In this document: in pieces, positions 6,751 to 13,970 of the stretch
Layout of the letters: each line of letters begins with the position of its first letter
Position numbering within the stretch: position 1 is the first letter of the stretch
Program-made: the position numbers and the translations under genes
Source: a bacterium
GTDB lineage: Bacteria > Hinthialibacterota > Hinthialibacteria > Hinthialibacterales > Hinthialibacteraceae
Reading direction: 5' to 3'
Assembly: GCA_041946805.1 (NCBI GenBank)
Contig: JBHGBC010000160.1
Coordinates: 1 to 14,031, forward strand
Length of the DNA stretch: 14,031 bases
Notes under the pieces: model-generated
Seen by the model: the letters and a program-made list of their open reading frames with translations, nothing else
Databases searched by the model: none
What the model was told of the DNA's origin: nothing

Positions 6751-7812
6751 TTACGCGGCTTGCACCTGGGTTTTCAGTTTGACATACGTATCCCGCAAAA
6801 TGCGTTCGGTGGTCTCCCAGCCGATGCAGGCGTCGGTGATGGAAACGCCGTATTTCAATTGCGACAGGTCCTTGGGGATGGATTGATTTCCCTCGAAGAG
6901 ATTGCTTTCCAGCATGACGCCGAAGAGATGTTCGTTACTTTCCAGGCGCTGCGCGATGACGTCGGTCAGCACCGTTTCCTGCCGCCGGAAGTCCTTGCCG
7001 GAGTTGGCGTGGCTGCAATCGACCATGATGTAGGCGGGCAGTTTCGCGGCATCCAGAATGCCGACGGTCTTCTGGATGCTTTCCCGGTCGTAGTTGGGAT
7101 GGTGGCGACCGCCTCGGAGGATGATATGGCCCCAGACATTGCCGCTGGTCTTGACGATGGCGGTCTGCCCTTCCTGATCCACGCCCAAAAAACTATGGGG
7201 CGCGCGGGACGAGCACATGGCGTCGATGGCCAGTTGCAGGTTGCCGTCCGTGTTGTTCTTGAAGCCGATGGGCATGGAGAGGCCGCTGGACATTTCCCGA
7301 TGGGTTTGCGATTCGATGGTGCGCGCCCCGATGGCCGCCCAGCTGACCAGGTCGTCGAGATACTGGGGGACGATCGGATCGAGAAACTCGGTGGCGGCGG
7401 GCAGACCCATATCCACGATTTTGAGCATGATTTCGCGGGCCTTGCGGGTGCCGTATTCCATGTTGTCCGTGCCGTCCAGGAAGGGATCGTAGATGAGGCC
7501 CTTCCATCCGATCGTGGTGCGGGGCTTTTCAAAGTACACCCGCATGACGATGTGCATCTGGTCGATGAATTCGGCGCGGAGAGCGGCGAGACGGGCGGCG
7601 TACTCGTACGCGGCCTTTTCATCGTGAATCGAGCAGGGGCCGACGATGACCAGCAGGCGCTGGTCCTTGCCCCGCAGCATCCGCTTGATGGCGTTGCGGC
7701 TCTCGATGACCGTCTCGGCCGCCTTCTCGGTAATGGGAATTTCCTCCTTCATCCGCCGGGGGGCGATCAGCGGTTGAAATTCCAGTACGTGCAGGTCTTG
7801 CGTTTGTTTCAT
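6751..7812 (-). CDS. aroF: 3-deoxy-7-phosphoheptulonate (DAHP) synthase, class I-alpha (AroF/AroG/AroH family)
   Basis: VGPCSIHD, MRVYFEKPRTTIGWKGLI.DP, AIGARTIESQTHRE..SGLS.PIGFKN, ILRGG, DCSHANS.KD, GVMLESNL.EGNQ, YGVSITDACIGW. Likely start ATG 7812 (MKQTQDLHV). The feedback class cannot be assigned by eye. Confidence 0.95.
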   Translation of the reverse strand: MKQTQDLHVLEFQPLIAPRRMKEEIPITEKAAETVIESRNAIKRMLRGKDQRLLVIVGPCSIHDEKAAYEYAARLAALRAEFIDQMHIVMRVYFEKPRTTIGWKGLIYDPFLDGTDNMEYGTRKAREIMLKIVDMGLPAATEFLDPIVPQYLDDLVSWAAIGARTIESQTHREMSSGLSMPIGFKNNTDGNLQLAIDAMCSSRAPHSFLGVDQEGQTAIVKTSGNVWGHIILRGGRHHPNYDRESIQKTVGILDAAKLPAYIMVDCSHANSGKDFRRQETVLTDVIAQRLESNEHLFGVMLESNLFEGNQSIPKDLSQLKYGVSITDACIGWETTERILRDTYVKLKTQVQAA

Positions 7813-7851
7813 GGTCAACCACTTTCCTACAATCCGTATTCCTATCTCCCC

Positions 7852-7880
7852 ATCGTACCGTCCAACGGCCGGTTCATCAA
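7852..7880 (-). promoter_or_regulatory. Probable internal sigma-70 promoter for the DAHP synthase and nucleotidase genes
   Basis: Minus strand TTGATG, 17 bp, TACGAT, about 40 nt upstream of ATG 7812. Confidence 0.45.
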
Positions 7881-7899
7881 TTGACACGGCGCTTCCCCC

Positions 7900-9378
7900 T
7901 CAGGCGCGTTCCCCGTCCAATCCGGCCTGGAGCAGTCCGGAAAAATCATCCGGATGCGCGTTGAGGGGCCGGATGGCTTCCCGGACCTCGAAGACGATCC
8001 CGTGGACCACCGTAAACCAGACCTCGCCGCGCAGGGATTCGTCCCGGTAAGCCGTGTGGTATTCGGGATCCCGCAATTGCTCGCGCAAAAGCGCCTCATC
8101 GGGCCGGTATGGCGTATCGGGATGAAAAACTACCAAGTTGGCCATGGCCCCGCCGCGCAGGGTTCCCACCGGATAGGGAAACGCCCGGTACTGAGCAATA
8201 TAGCGGGCCGGGACGATGGCGGCCAGCCAGTCAATGTCCGCCCAGGTATATGCCGCCTGGTGGACGAGATGAGCGTGCACCTGGTGCGTGTGTTCCACGA
8301 TCCGGGTGCCGGGGCTGCCGGGTAAGCCATCGGGCTGGAACGCCTTGGCCTGCCGGGGATGCGGAGCATGATCGGAGCCCAGAAAGGTCCACGGATCGCG
8401 GCGGCGGGCGAGGTCACGCGTGAGCTCGATCAGGGCGGCCTGATCCGGGGCGGAGGGGAGCGCCGGCCGCCGGTAATTGATCATCCGTGCGGGGCGGCTT
8501 GCGAGCATGCCGCGGTTGAAATAGAGGTAATCCAGCCCGATTTCAGCGGGCAGTTCCAGGGACGATGCTTCACGCGCAGACAATACCATCTGCAAGGCGG
8601 CCCCGGTCGGGATGTGACGGGTGAGCAGGCGGCGCAGTCCCGCTTCCCGCGCGAGGGCGATGGTCTCCCGCTGGGCGGCGAGCACGGTATCCCCATCATA
8701 ATACAGGGGGTGCAGAAGATAATCGGGCGGCCGCACCCTCTGCTTGAACGCGGCGATGCTTTCGTCCGGGCGCTCGCGGTCGTTGTGGTACGAGATCATC
8801 CCCCCCCGCCGCGCATAGTACATTTCCCTTCTCTTCCCGGCGGATATTCCCGATCCGCCGAAGGTGGTCCCGAAGTCTTTCTCTTCCTGCCCGGGAATGG
8901 GCGGGACGCCCGGTTCGAGACGCGGCCAGATGTGGGTGAAGATCCACGCCTGCTTTTGATACCACTCGCTGGTGGCGCGCCAGCGTTCCTGGCCTATCGG
9001 CGCCCAGGGAGTGTTCCCCATCGCCCCCGCCAGCCAGACTCCTCCCCGCAGGGCTGCCAATGATCCACGCCGGACATCGTAGGCCTGGTTGGCCTTTGCG
9101 ATGAGGGCCACCAGGTCTTCGTATTTCTGAGAGGAGGAATGCCAGGGATCCGCTTCGAACATCTCCCGGGTGGGAATCAGGCTTTCCCGGAAATGGACGT
9201 GCGGATCGGCCCGCGCCAAGGCGATATGGACATCGTCCGGCAGGTCGATATCGGCCCCCGGATGGCGGCCGGGTTTGATTTCCAAAGGCTCGCCCGGAGC
9301 GCACCGGACCTGGGCGGGTATGACTTCGCCCTCATCCAGGTGCAGATGGCTGGTTTGAAAGACAAGACTGGTTTTCAT
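7900..9378 (-). CDS. Dihydroorotase-family cyclic amidohydrolase (PyrC-like, divergent)
   Basis: DPHVHFRE (HxHxR), AALRGGV, MGNT (compare MPNT), further His motifs ISYHND and TRHIPT, GSDHAPH, and a C-terminal G.L..GA.ANLVVF..LRGEVWFTVVHG beta domain. Confidence 0.85.
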   Translation of the reverse strand: MKTSLVFQTSHLHLDEGEVIPAQVRCAPGEPLEIKPGRHPGADIDLPDDVHIALARADPHVHFRESLIPTREMFEADPWHSSSQKYEDLVALIAKANQAYDVRRGSLAALRGGVWLAGAMGNTPWAPIGQERWRATSEWYQKQAWIFTHIWPRLEPGVPPIPGQEEKDFGTTFGGSGISAGKRREMYYARRGGMISYHNDRERPDESIAAFKQRVRPPDYLLHPLYYDGDTVLAAQRETIALAREAGLRRLLTRHIPTGAALQMVLSAREASSLELPAEIGLDYLYFNRGMLASRPARMINYRRPALPSAPDQAALIELTRDLARRRDPWTFLGSDHAPHPRQAKAFQPDGLPGSPGTRIVEHTHQVHAHLVHQAAYTWADIDWLAAIVPARYIAQYRAFPYPVGTLRGGAMANLVVFHPDTPYRPDEALLREQLRDPEYHTAYRDESLRGEVWFTVVHGIVFEVREAIRPLNAHPDDFSGLLQAGLDGERA

Positions 9379-9502
9379 TCCGTAACATCCCGCCGGGTTG
9401 AGATGGAATGGGATGAATCCATTTTATATCCAGGGCGAAGGGGAATGGAGTTGGGTGGGGGGGTGGTGTAAATCGGTGAGGTATTGCGAGTTGACAGGTT
9501 TT

Positions 9503-9536
9503 CCCTCACCCCGGCCCTCTCCCGGGGGGAGAGGGA
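9503..9536 (+). repeat. CCCTCACC-type REP-like palindrome, family B (best-conserved copy)
   Basis: CCCTCACCCCGG-CCCTCTCCC-GGG-GGGAGAGGG-A. Confidence 0.75.
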
Positions 9537-9587
9537 GGAGAAAAGCGGGGGATTGCCTGAATCAGGAGGGCCCAGGTGGCGTCTAAC

Positions 9588-9614
9588 GGGGCGGACACCG
9601 AGGTCCGCCCCTGC
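9588..9614 (-). repeat. GTAG-like REP palindrome, family C
   Basis: Minus strand GCAGGGGCGGAC-CTCGGT-GTCCGCCCC: perfect 9-bp stem with a GCAG tag. It may terminate the gene ending at 9672. Confidence 0.6.
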
Positions 9615-9671
9615 ATATCCATGACGGATTACGCGCAGGCGCGCTGATCAAACCGATCCGTGAGTCAGTTT

Positions 9672-10700
9672 TTATTCATGGAGTTCCCAGTCATCGATCC
9701 GCACGGGGATCTCCGCTCCGGGAACCACGGCCATGTTGAAGAACGAACGGAACTGCGTATTGGCATCGAGACCGGCTCGTTCAAAACCCGAGGTGATGGT
9801 GATCAAGCGCGCTCCCGCGGCCAGGTTCAGCGCGTCAAAAATCCCGAAGGTGTTCGCCGTGGCCGCTACATCATGATTCCCGACAATGAATTCCGTGGTT
9901 CCGGGTATTTGTGCGACTCCCCACAAGGCGGTGAAGCCATCGGCGCTGGCGTTGTATTCTTCCTCAATTTCCCCATTCATGTTGATCCGCAATAGCGTAT
10001 GCTGATCCTGCAACAACGCCACCAAGGCCCCCATTTTTTCGTTATATGTCAGGGAGCGCACGGCGCGGCCGTTGCCATCGGCCCCGGCGGCCTGCGAGAA
10101 AACACCGGAGGGCGCTCCTCCGGCGGCATCGTAGATATGAATACCGGGCACGCCGTTGTCACCCATCAAGATGCGTCCGTCGGGAAGTTTCAGAGCCTCG
10201 CCGTAGCTGGTTTTCTCAAATTCCGTCCAGCTGGCAATCTCCGCCGCGCCCAGTTTGTACCCATAGGCCTTGTTCGCGTCCGCCGCGTTGCTGTTGACGA
10301 TCACCTCATCCGTGCCGGTGACCGCCAGCAGTGTGACTTTGATGATATCCGTGATATAAAAAGTCTGCTTGCCTTGGTTATCGATTCTCAAAATTTCGCC
10401 GATGCCTTCGGGATAGGGATTGTCGGGAGCCGGATCGAACGCCGCGGTGATGCCGACGAACACCGTACCCGCCGGATCGATATCGAGTCCCAACGCCCGC
10501 CGGCGGTCGGCATCGCCAAGCTCCCAGCGCACCACGTTAACGATCTCGGCCTCATTGCCGGTGACCTTCAATTCCACAATTTGTCCATCGGGGGAATAGA
10601 ATGGATCCGTGAAAATGATATTACCCGGAGCGAACAAATCGGCGTGGACGGAAAACGGATATAGAAACAGTCCCAACAATATTAATGGTTGCCGTTTCAT
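9672..10700 (-). CDS. Secreted hypothetical protein, probable beta-propeller (342 aa), with C-terminal W-x-L motif
   Basis: Start ATG 10700 after AAAGGTG; signal peptide MKRQPLILLGLFLYPFSVHA|D. Blade-like segments ALGLDIDPAGTVFVG, ALKLPDGRILMG, RSLTYNEKMGALV, WGVAQIPGTTEFIVG. The fold is inferred. Confidence 0.85.
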   Translation of the reverse strand: MKRQPLILLGLFLYPFSVHADLFAPGNIIFTDPFYSPDGQIVELKVTGNEAEIVNVVRWELGDADRRRALGLDIDPAGTVFVGITAAFDPAPDNPYPEGIGEILRIDNQGKQTFYITDIIKVTLLAVTGTDEVIVNSNAADANKAYGYKLGAAEIASWTEFEKTSYGEALKLPDGRILMGDNGVPGIHIYDAAGGAPSGVFSQAAGADGNGRAVRSLTYNEKMGALVALLQDQHTLLRINMNGEIEEEYNASADGFTALWGVAQIPGTTEFIVGNHDVAATANTFGIFDALNLAAGARLITITSGFERAGLDANTQFRSFFNMAVVPGAEIPVRIDDWELHE

Positions 10701-10740
10701 GAAACTGAACACCTTTCATTTTTGTAAATACAATCGCTTG

Positions 10741-10770
10741 ATCATACAAGCTCAGTTTCACGGAAGTCAA
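10741..10770 (-). promoter_or_regulatory. Sigma-70 promoter of the 9672..10700 gene
   Basis: Minus strand TTGACT, 18 bp, TATGAT. The -10 box sits inside the palindrome GCTTG-ATCATA-CAAGC (10736-10751). Confidence 0.6.
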
Positions 10771-10811
10771 GACAATGGAGAAAAGCGGAATGATGGCGGA
10801 TGTTTCTGAAT

Positions 10812-10846
10812 AAAAAAGGCGGCCTTCTCCTCAAAGAAAAGCCGCC
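10812..10846 (-). terminator. Rho-independent terminator of the 10903..11580 gene
   Basis: Minus strand GGCGGCTTTTCT-TTGAGG-AGAAGGCCGCC followed by TTTTTT. Confidence 0.75.
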
Positions 10847-10902
10847 ATTGCCGCATAAGGATTGTCGTGCCTTGAATGTGCCTGAAAATCGATCCCAAGG
10901 AG

Positions 10903-11580
10903 TCAGAACAGAGACCACTCCATCACCGGGGCGGGTGTTTCTTGTTCCACCACAAAATGGTCCAGCCATAGCCAGTTGGTTTCCAGATCGGACGCGTGGA
11001 AGCGGACGATCATCAGGAAGGTGAATGAATTCTGGCCTTCGGCGGGCTCATGGGTGGCGGTCAAGGTATGGAACGCGCCATCACCGAAGGCCGCGGAGTC
11101 CGCGTAAACCGTCTCCGGCCGCTCATGCCCCGAGTAGTTCTCGATGTCCCCGACGGCCGCCTGGGAGCGTTGATCTCCATCCCGGACCGTGTACTGGATG
11201 TGCAGGTTTTGATCGCCTTGGTCGAAGCGGTAATCCAGGGAGATCCGGTAGGATTCACCCGGAGTGACGCCGGGAACCAGCCGGGCCAGGTACAGATCCC
11301 GGATGTTGCCGTCGTTGACTGACGAATTGGCCTTTTGGGCATATTGCCCTTCCGTTTTGATTTCCGAATCCGAATCGAACTGGAACTGATTGTCACCCAC
11401 CCAAGTGACATGATCCACAAACCAGTCCTCATCGAATCCCACTCCCTGGGTGTTGAAATCATACGCCACGTCCGGCAGATACCAGGGACCTTCAAAACCG
11501 TCCTGGAGAACCACCTGGGCCGAGGCGATGCCGCCAAACAGCGCCCAAACCGCGAGACTACCAAATACCAACCGTTTCAT
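10903..11580 (-). CDS. Secreted hypothetical protein, probable CBM/galactose-binding-like beta-sandwich (225 aa), with C-terminal W-x-L motif
   Basis: AGGAGG 7 nt before ATG 11580; signal peptide MKRLVFGSLAVWALFGGIASA|Q. Jelly-roll hallmarks QDGFEG, EGQYAQK, VTPGESYRISLDY, WLWLDHFVVE. The fold is inferred. Confidence 0.85.
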   Translation of the reverse strand: MKRLVFGSLAVWALFGGIASAQVVLQDGFEGPWYLPDVAYDFNTQGVGFDEDWFVDHVTWVGDNQFQFDSDSEIKTEGQYAQKANSSVNDGNIRDLYLARLVPGVTPGESYRISLDYRFDQGDQNLHIQYTVRDGDQRSQAAVGDIENYSGHERPETVYADSAAFGDGAFHTLTATHEPAEGQNSFTFLMIVRFHASDLETNWLWLDHFVVEQETPAPVMEWSLF

Positions 11581-11811
11581 CACTTCTCCTCCTTCTGGGA
11601 ATTGATGCGGGGACCGGGAAACCAGATTCCGGTTTTCACCCCGGGATCCGGAGATCTATTATTATTTTACCCCGGGAAGACGAGTAATAAAATATCTTAA
11701 TTCATTAAAATCAAATACTTATACAATCGGTTAACAGGTAATGTGGATCAATGGAATACCTTGCGCGCCTTCTGCCGAGCGGTTGATTTTTAACCAAAAG
11801 CCTTATTAGGA

Positions 11812-11839
11812 TGTCATCCCCGCACAAACGGGGATCCAG
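11812..11839 (+). repeat. GTCA/CGTC-tagged REP-like palindrome, family D
   Basis: TGTC-ATCCCCG-CACAAA-CGGGGAT-CCAG, the GTCATYCCCGCnnnnGCGGGRATCCAG pattern. Confidence 0.6.
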
Positions 11840-11962
11840 GAGGAGCCTTGGGGATCCGCCCGGTCCCACACGAATAGCCGGGGAGTAACTTCCCGGGAAC
11901 TCCTGATCCGGGCGAGAATCGGCTACCATGTAGAATAGATATGTATTGGGAGTCCACCGTTC

Positions 11963-12505
11963 ATGAATCTATCCTTCTCCAAAGAACTCGCCAGCAAGCA
12001 ATTGGCCGATCTGATCACCGAGATTTACGAGGATTTCAACCACGAATATCAAATCCTGTCCGCGCCCGATGACGACCACGGATTGTTCAAGTATGCCGGG
12101 ACCAGCCCGCAGGCCCAGTTTTATCTGTCGAAAATCAGTAAAAAGCGGAACACGCAGCGGCCCGGGCTGGGATTCGTGATCCAGCGGGCGGAACTGCCTG
12201 ACCGGTTCCGGGTTTCGCTGGATATCGAAGTCTCGCAGGAAGTGACCGGCAAAGATCCCCATGATCTCATCCAAGGTCTGTATCATTACGCCCAAAGTGA
12301 ATTCGGCACGCGGTCGCCGGAGTTCATCATCTACGTGCAACCGGCCCACAGCGGCTTGCGGGGCTGGGCGAACAAGACGTTTGTGGGAATCGAAATCGAG
12401 ATCGACGAAACGGATTTTGAACGGCTGCCCCGGTTGAAGAAGAAGATCATGGACCAGGCCAAAAAATTGTTCCAAGCGGTCGATTATTGCCTCACGGAAA
12501 AATGA
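11963..12505 (+). CDS. Hypothetical cytoplasmic protein (180 aa)
   Basis: GGGAG upstream, GC3-rich codons, alpha/beta pattern, no signal peptide and no motif I recognise. Confidence 0.8.
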   Translation: MNLSFSKELASKQLADLITEIYEDFNHEYQILSAPDDDHGLFKYAGTSPQAQFYLSKISKKRNTQRPGLGFVIQRAELPDRFRVSLDIEVSQEVTGKDPHDLIQGLYHYAQSEFGTRSPEFIIYVQPAHSGLRGWANKTFVGIEIEIDETDFERLPRLKKKIMDQAKKLFQAVDYCLTEK

Positions 12506-12542
12506 TCACGGGAGTACACCCGGATTTGCCCTTCCATTATCC

Positions 12543-12578
12543 CCCTCACCTCAATCCTCTCCCCCGAGAGGAGAGGGA
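12543..12578 (+). repeat. CCCTCACC-type REP-like palindrome, family B
   Basis: CCCTCACCTCAATCCTCTCCCCCGAGAGGAGAGGGA. Confidence 0.7.
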
Positions 12579-12642
12579 ATCCGATGAGGAAGAAAATCGT
12601 TGTTGAGATACGCAGCGCTTGGAGTGCATCCTCTATGGTCGT

Positions 12643-12688
12643 ACCCGGGCTGGAAGCCCAGGTCAGTTGCCCTCCGTCCCTGAACGCA
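12643..12688 (+). repeat. Degenerate family A REP-like copy
   Basis: ACCCGGGCT-GGA-AGCCCAGGT followed by CCGTCCCTGAA aligns with CCCAGGGTTAAAACCCTGGG...CCGTCCCCTGAA at 2868-2910. Confidence 0.45.
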
Positions 12689-12689
12689 C

Positions 12690-12723
12690 AAAAAACCAAG
12701 GGGGAGAACGGATCTCCCCCTTG
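12690..12723 (-). terminator. Rho-independent terminator of the TIM-barrel gene
   Basis: Minus strand CAAGGGGGAGA-TCCGT-TCTCCCCCTTG (11-bp perfect stem) then GTTTTTT, 27 nt after the stop codon. Confidence 0.8.
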
Positions 12724-12750
12724 CGCATGGAAATCCGTAAGCCCTATAGA

Positions 12751-13728
12751 TTACACAAAACGGCTGAGGTGTTCCACTTCCTTTTTCAGGATGTTGCCGC
12801 GCTCGCTTTCCGGATATTTCCCCAGCGATTCGTCCTCGATGCAGAAATCGTTCTGGTAGCCTGCCTTTTTCAGGATGTCCGCCACGCGGCCGAAATCGAT
12901 GTCCCCCTCGAAGACGGGGCAGGCGTATTGGCCGTATTCCCACCCGATGGGCCGCCGCACGTTGCGTTGGTCTTCCGGGTAGCGGATGCTTTTACAATGG
13001 GTATGGAACACGCGGGAAGCGTATTTTTCATAGATCCCATACAGTTGATCCAGGGGATGGCCGAACCAGTAGAAGTTGGCGGTGTCGAGCGTCAATCCCA
13101 GGTTGGGCGAGCCGACGCCCTCGAACAAGGGATCGAGAAACTCGGGGCGGTTGGTGGTGTTGCCGTGGTTCTCGATGGCGAAGCGCACATCGGACCCCTC
13201 GGTCATTTTGACCAGTTTCTGGCCGAGGGAGATGGCGAATTTCAGGAACTCGTCCCCTGGGAGCTGGCGCGGAACCACATCGATGCGGATGGCGCGGGCG
13301 TCCAGTAGTTTCGCGCCGTTCACCACTTTGTTGCACCATTCCAGTTCCTTTTCCAGGCGCTCCTCGAAGCGGTTGGCCATCATGAAGGCGGTGATTGCAA
13401 AACCGTTGGCTTGCAGGTCATCCTGGAGGGCCTTGATGGCCTCGGGCGAGCCGATGTTGTACATTTTCTGGGGATGAAAAAGCGCCGGGCAGGCGAGATC
13501 CTCGTTCACGACCACCTCGACGGCCGTGATGCCGATCTGTTTCATGGCGGCCCAGCAATCCGGAGCGCCGGTTTCGCGCAGGTGGGCGTCACGGCAAGAC
13601 ACGCGGATTTTCGCGGCCGGCGCGCCGCCTGATTCGGCGAACAGATTGGCCGGTCCCGCGGCCGTAACGAGCAACGCGCTCGAGAGTTGGAGAAATTCAC
13701 GCCGGGAATAATTTACGGGCACGCGCAT
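12751..13728 (-). CDS. Tat-exported sugar phosphate isomerase/epimerase family protein (xylose isomerase-like TIM barrel, 325 aa)
   Basis: AAAGGAGG 9 nt before ATG 13728; twin-arginine signal SRREFL; metal motifs AIENHG, LDTANF, HTHCK, GDIDF and CIEDE. Confidence 0.9.
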   Translation of the reverse strand: MRVPVNYSRREFLQLSSALLVTAAGPANLFAESGGAPAAKIRVSCRDAHLRETGAPDCWAAMKQIGITAVEVVVNEDLACPALFHPQKMYNIGSPEAIKALQDDLQANGFAITAFMMANRFEERLEKELEWCNKVVNGAKLLDARAIRIDVVPRQLPGDEFLKFAISLGQKLVKMTEGSDVRFAIENHGNTTNRPEFLDPLFEGVGSPNLGLTLDTANFYWFGHPLDQLYGIYEKYASRVFHTHCKSIRYPEDQRNVRRPIGWEYGQYACPVFEGDIDFGRVADILKKAGYQNDFCIEDESLGKYPESERGNILKKEVEHLSRFV

Positions 13729-13782
13729 GACGGATGCCCTCCTTTCGCATCGTGTTGAAGCCCGCCTTCGCGCGGGTCCTTC

Positions 13783-13812
13783 ATGGTAGAGAGAAACAGA
13801 CAAAGGCGTCAA
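13783..13812 (-). promoter_or_regulatory. Sigma-70 promoter of the TIM-barrel gene
   Basis: Minus strand TTGACG, 18 bp, TACCAT, about 55 nt upstream of the start codon. Confidence 0.55.
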
Positions 13813-13907
13813 GCGGTTTGAACCCGGATGGGGAAAATGGGCCCCCGTAAATTGAAATCCGGGGCGGTTTTCGCCATCGACAAGGGGAAACGTCGTAGAA
13901 CAGATTT

Positions 13908-13937
13908 CCCTCACCCTGGCCCCAGTGGGAGAGGGGA
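13908..13937 (+). repeat. CCCTCACC-type REP-like palindrome, family B, with an internal deletion
   Basis: CCCTCACCCTGGCCCCAGTGGGAGAGGGGA; part of the left stem arm is missing. Confidence 0.65.
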
Positions 13938-13970
13938 TACAGATAAAGATGAGGCCTGGGTGGATCCACC

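Noticed and set aside
6760..7884. 374-aa plus-strand ORF antisense to DAHP synthase
   Set aside because: It mirrors a well-conserved gene codon for codon. Long antisense frames are expected with GC3-rich coding DNA, and it has no motifs.
9491..9499. Second TTGACAGGT identical to the sigma promoter -35 context
   Set aside because: It is followed directly by a REP element with no -10 box and no plus-strand gene downstream; probably chance.
12600..12690. Possible tRNA or structured ncRNA between convergent genes
   Set aside because: No cloverleaf or T-loop motif. The hairpin is explained as a degenerate family A repeat.
13729..13914. N-terminal extension of the TIM-barrel ORF
   Set aside because: A strong Shine-Dalgarno, a promoter and the Tat signal all point to ATG 13728.
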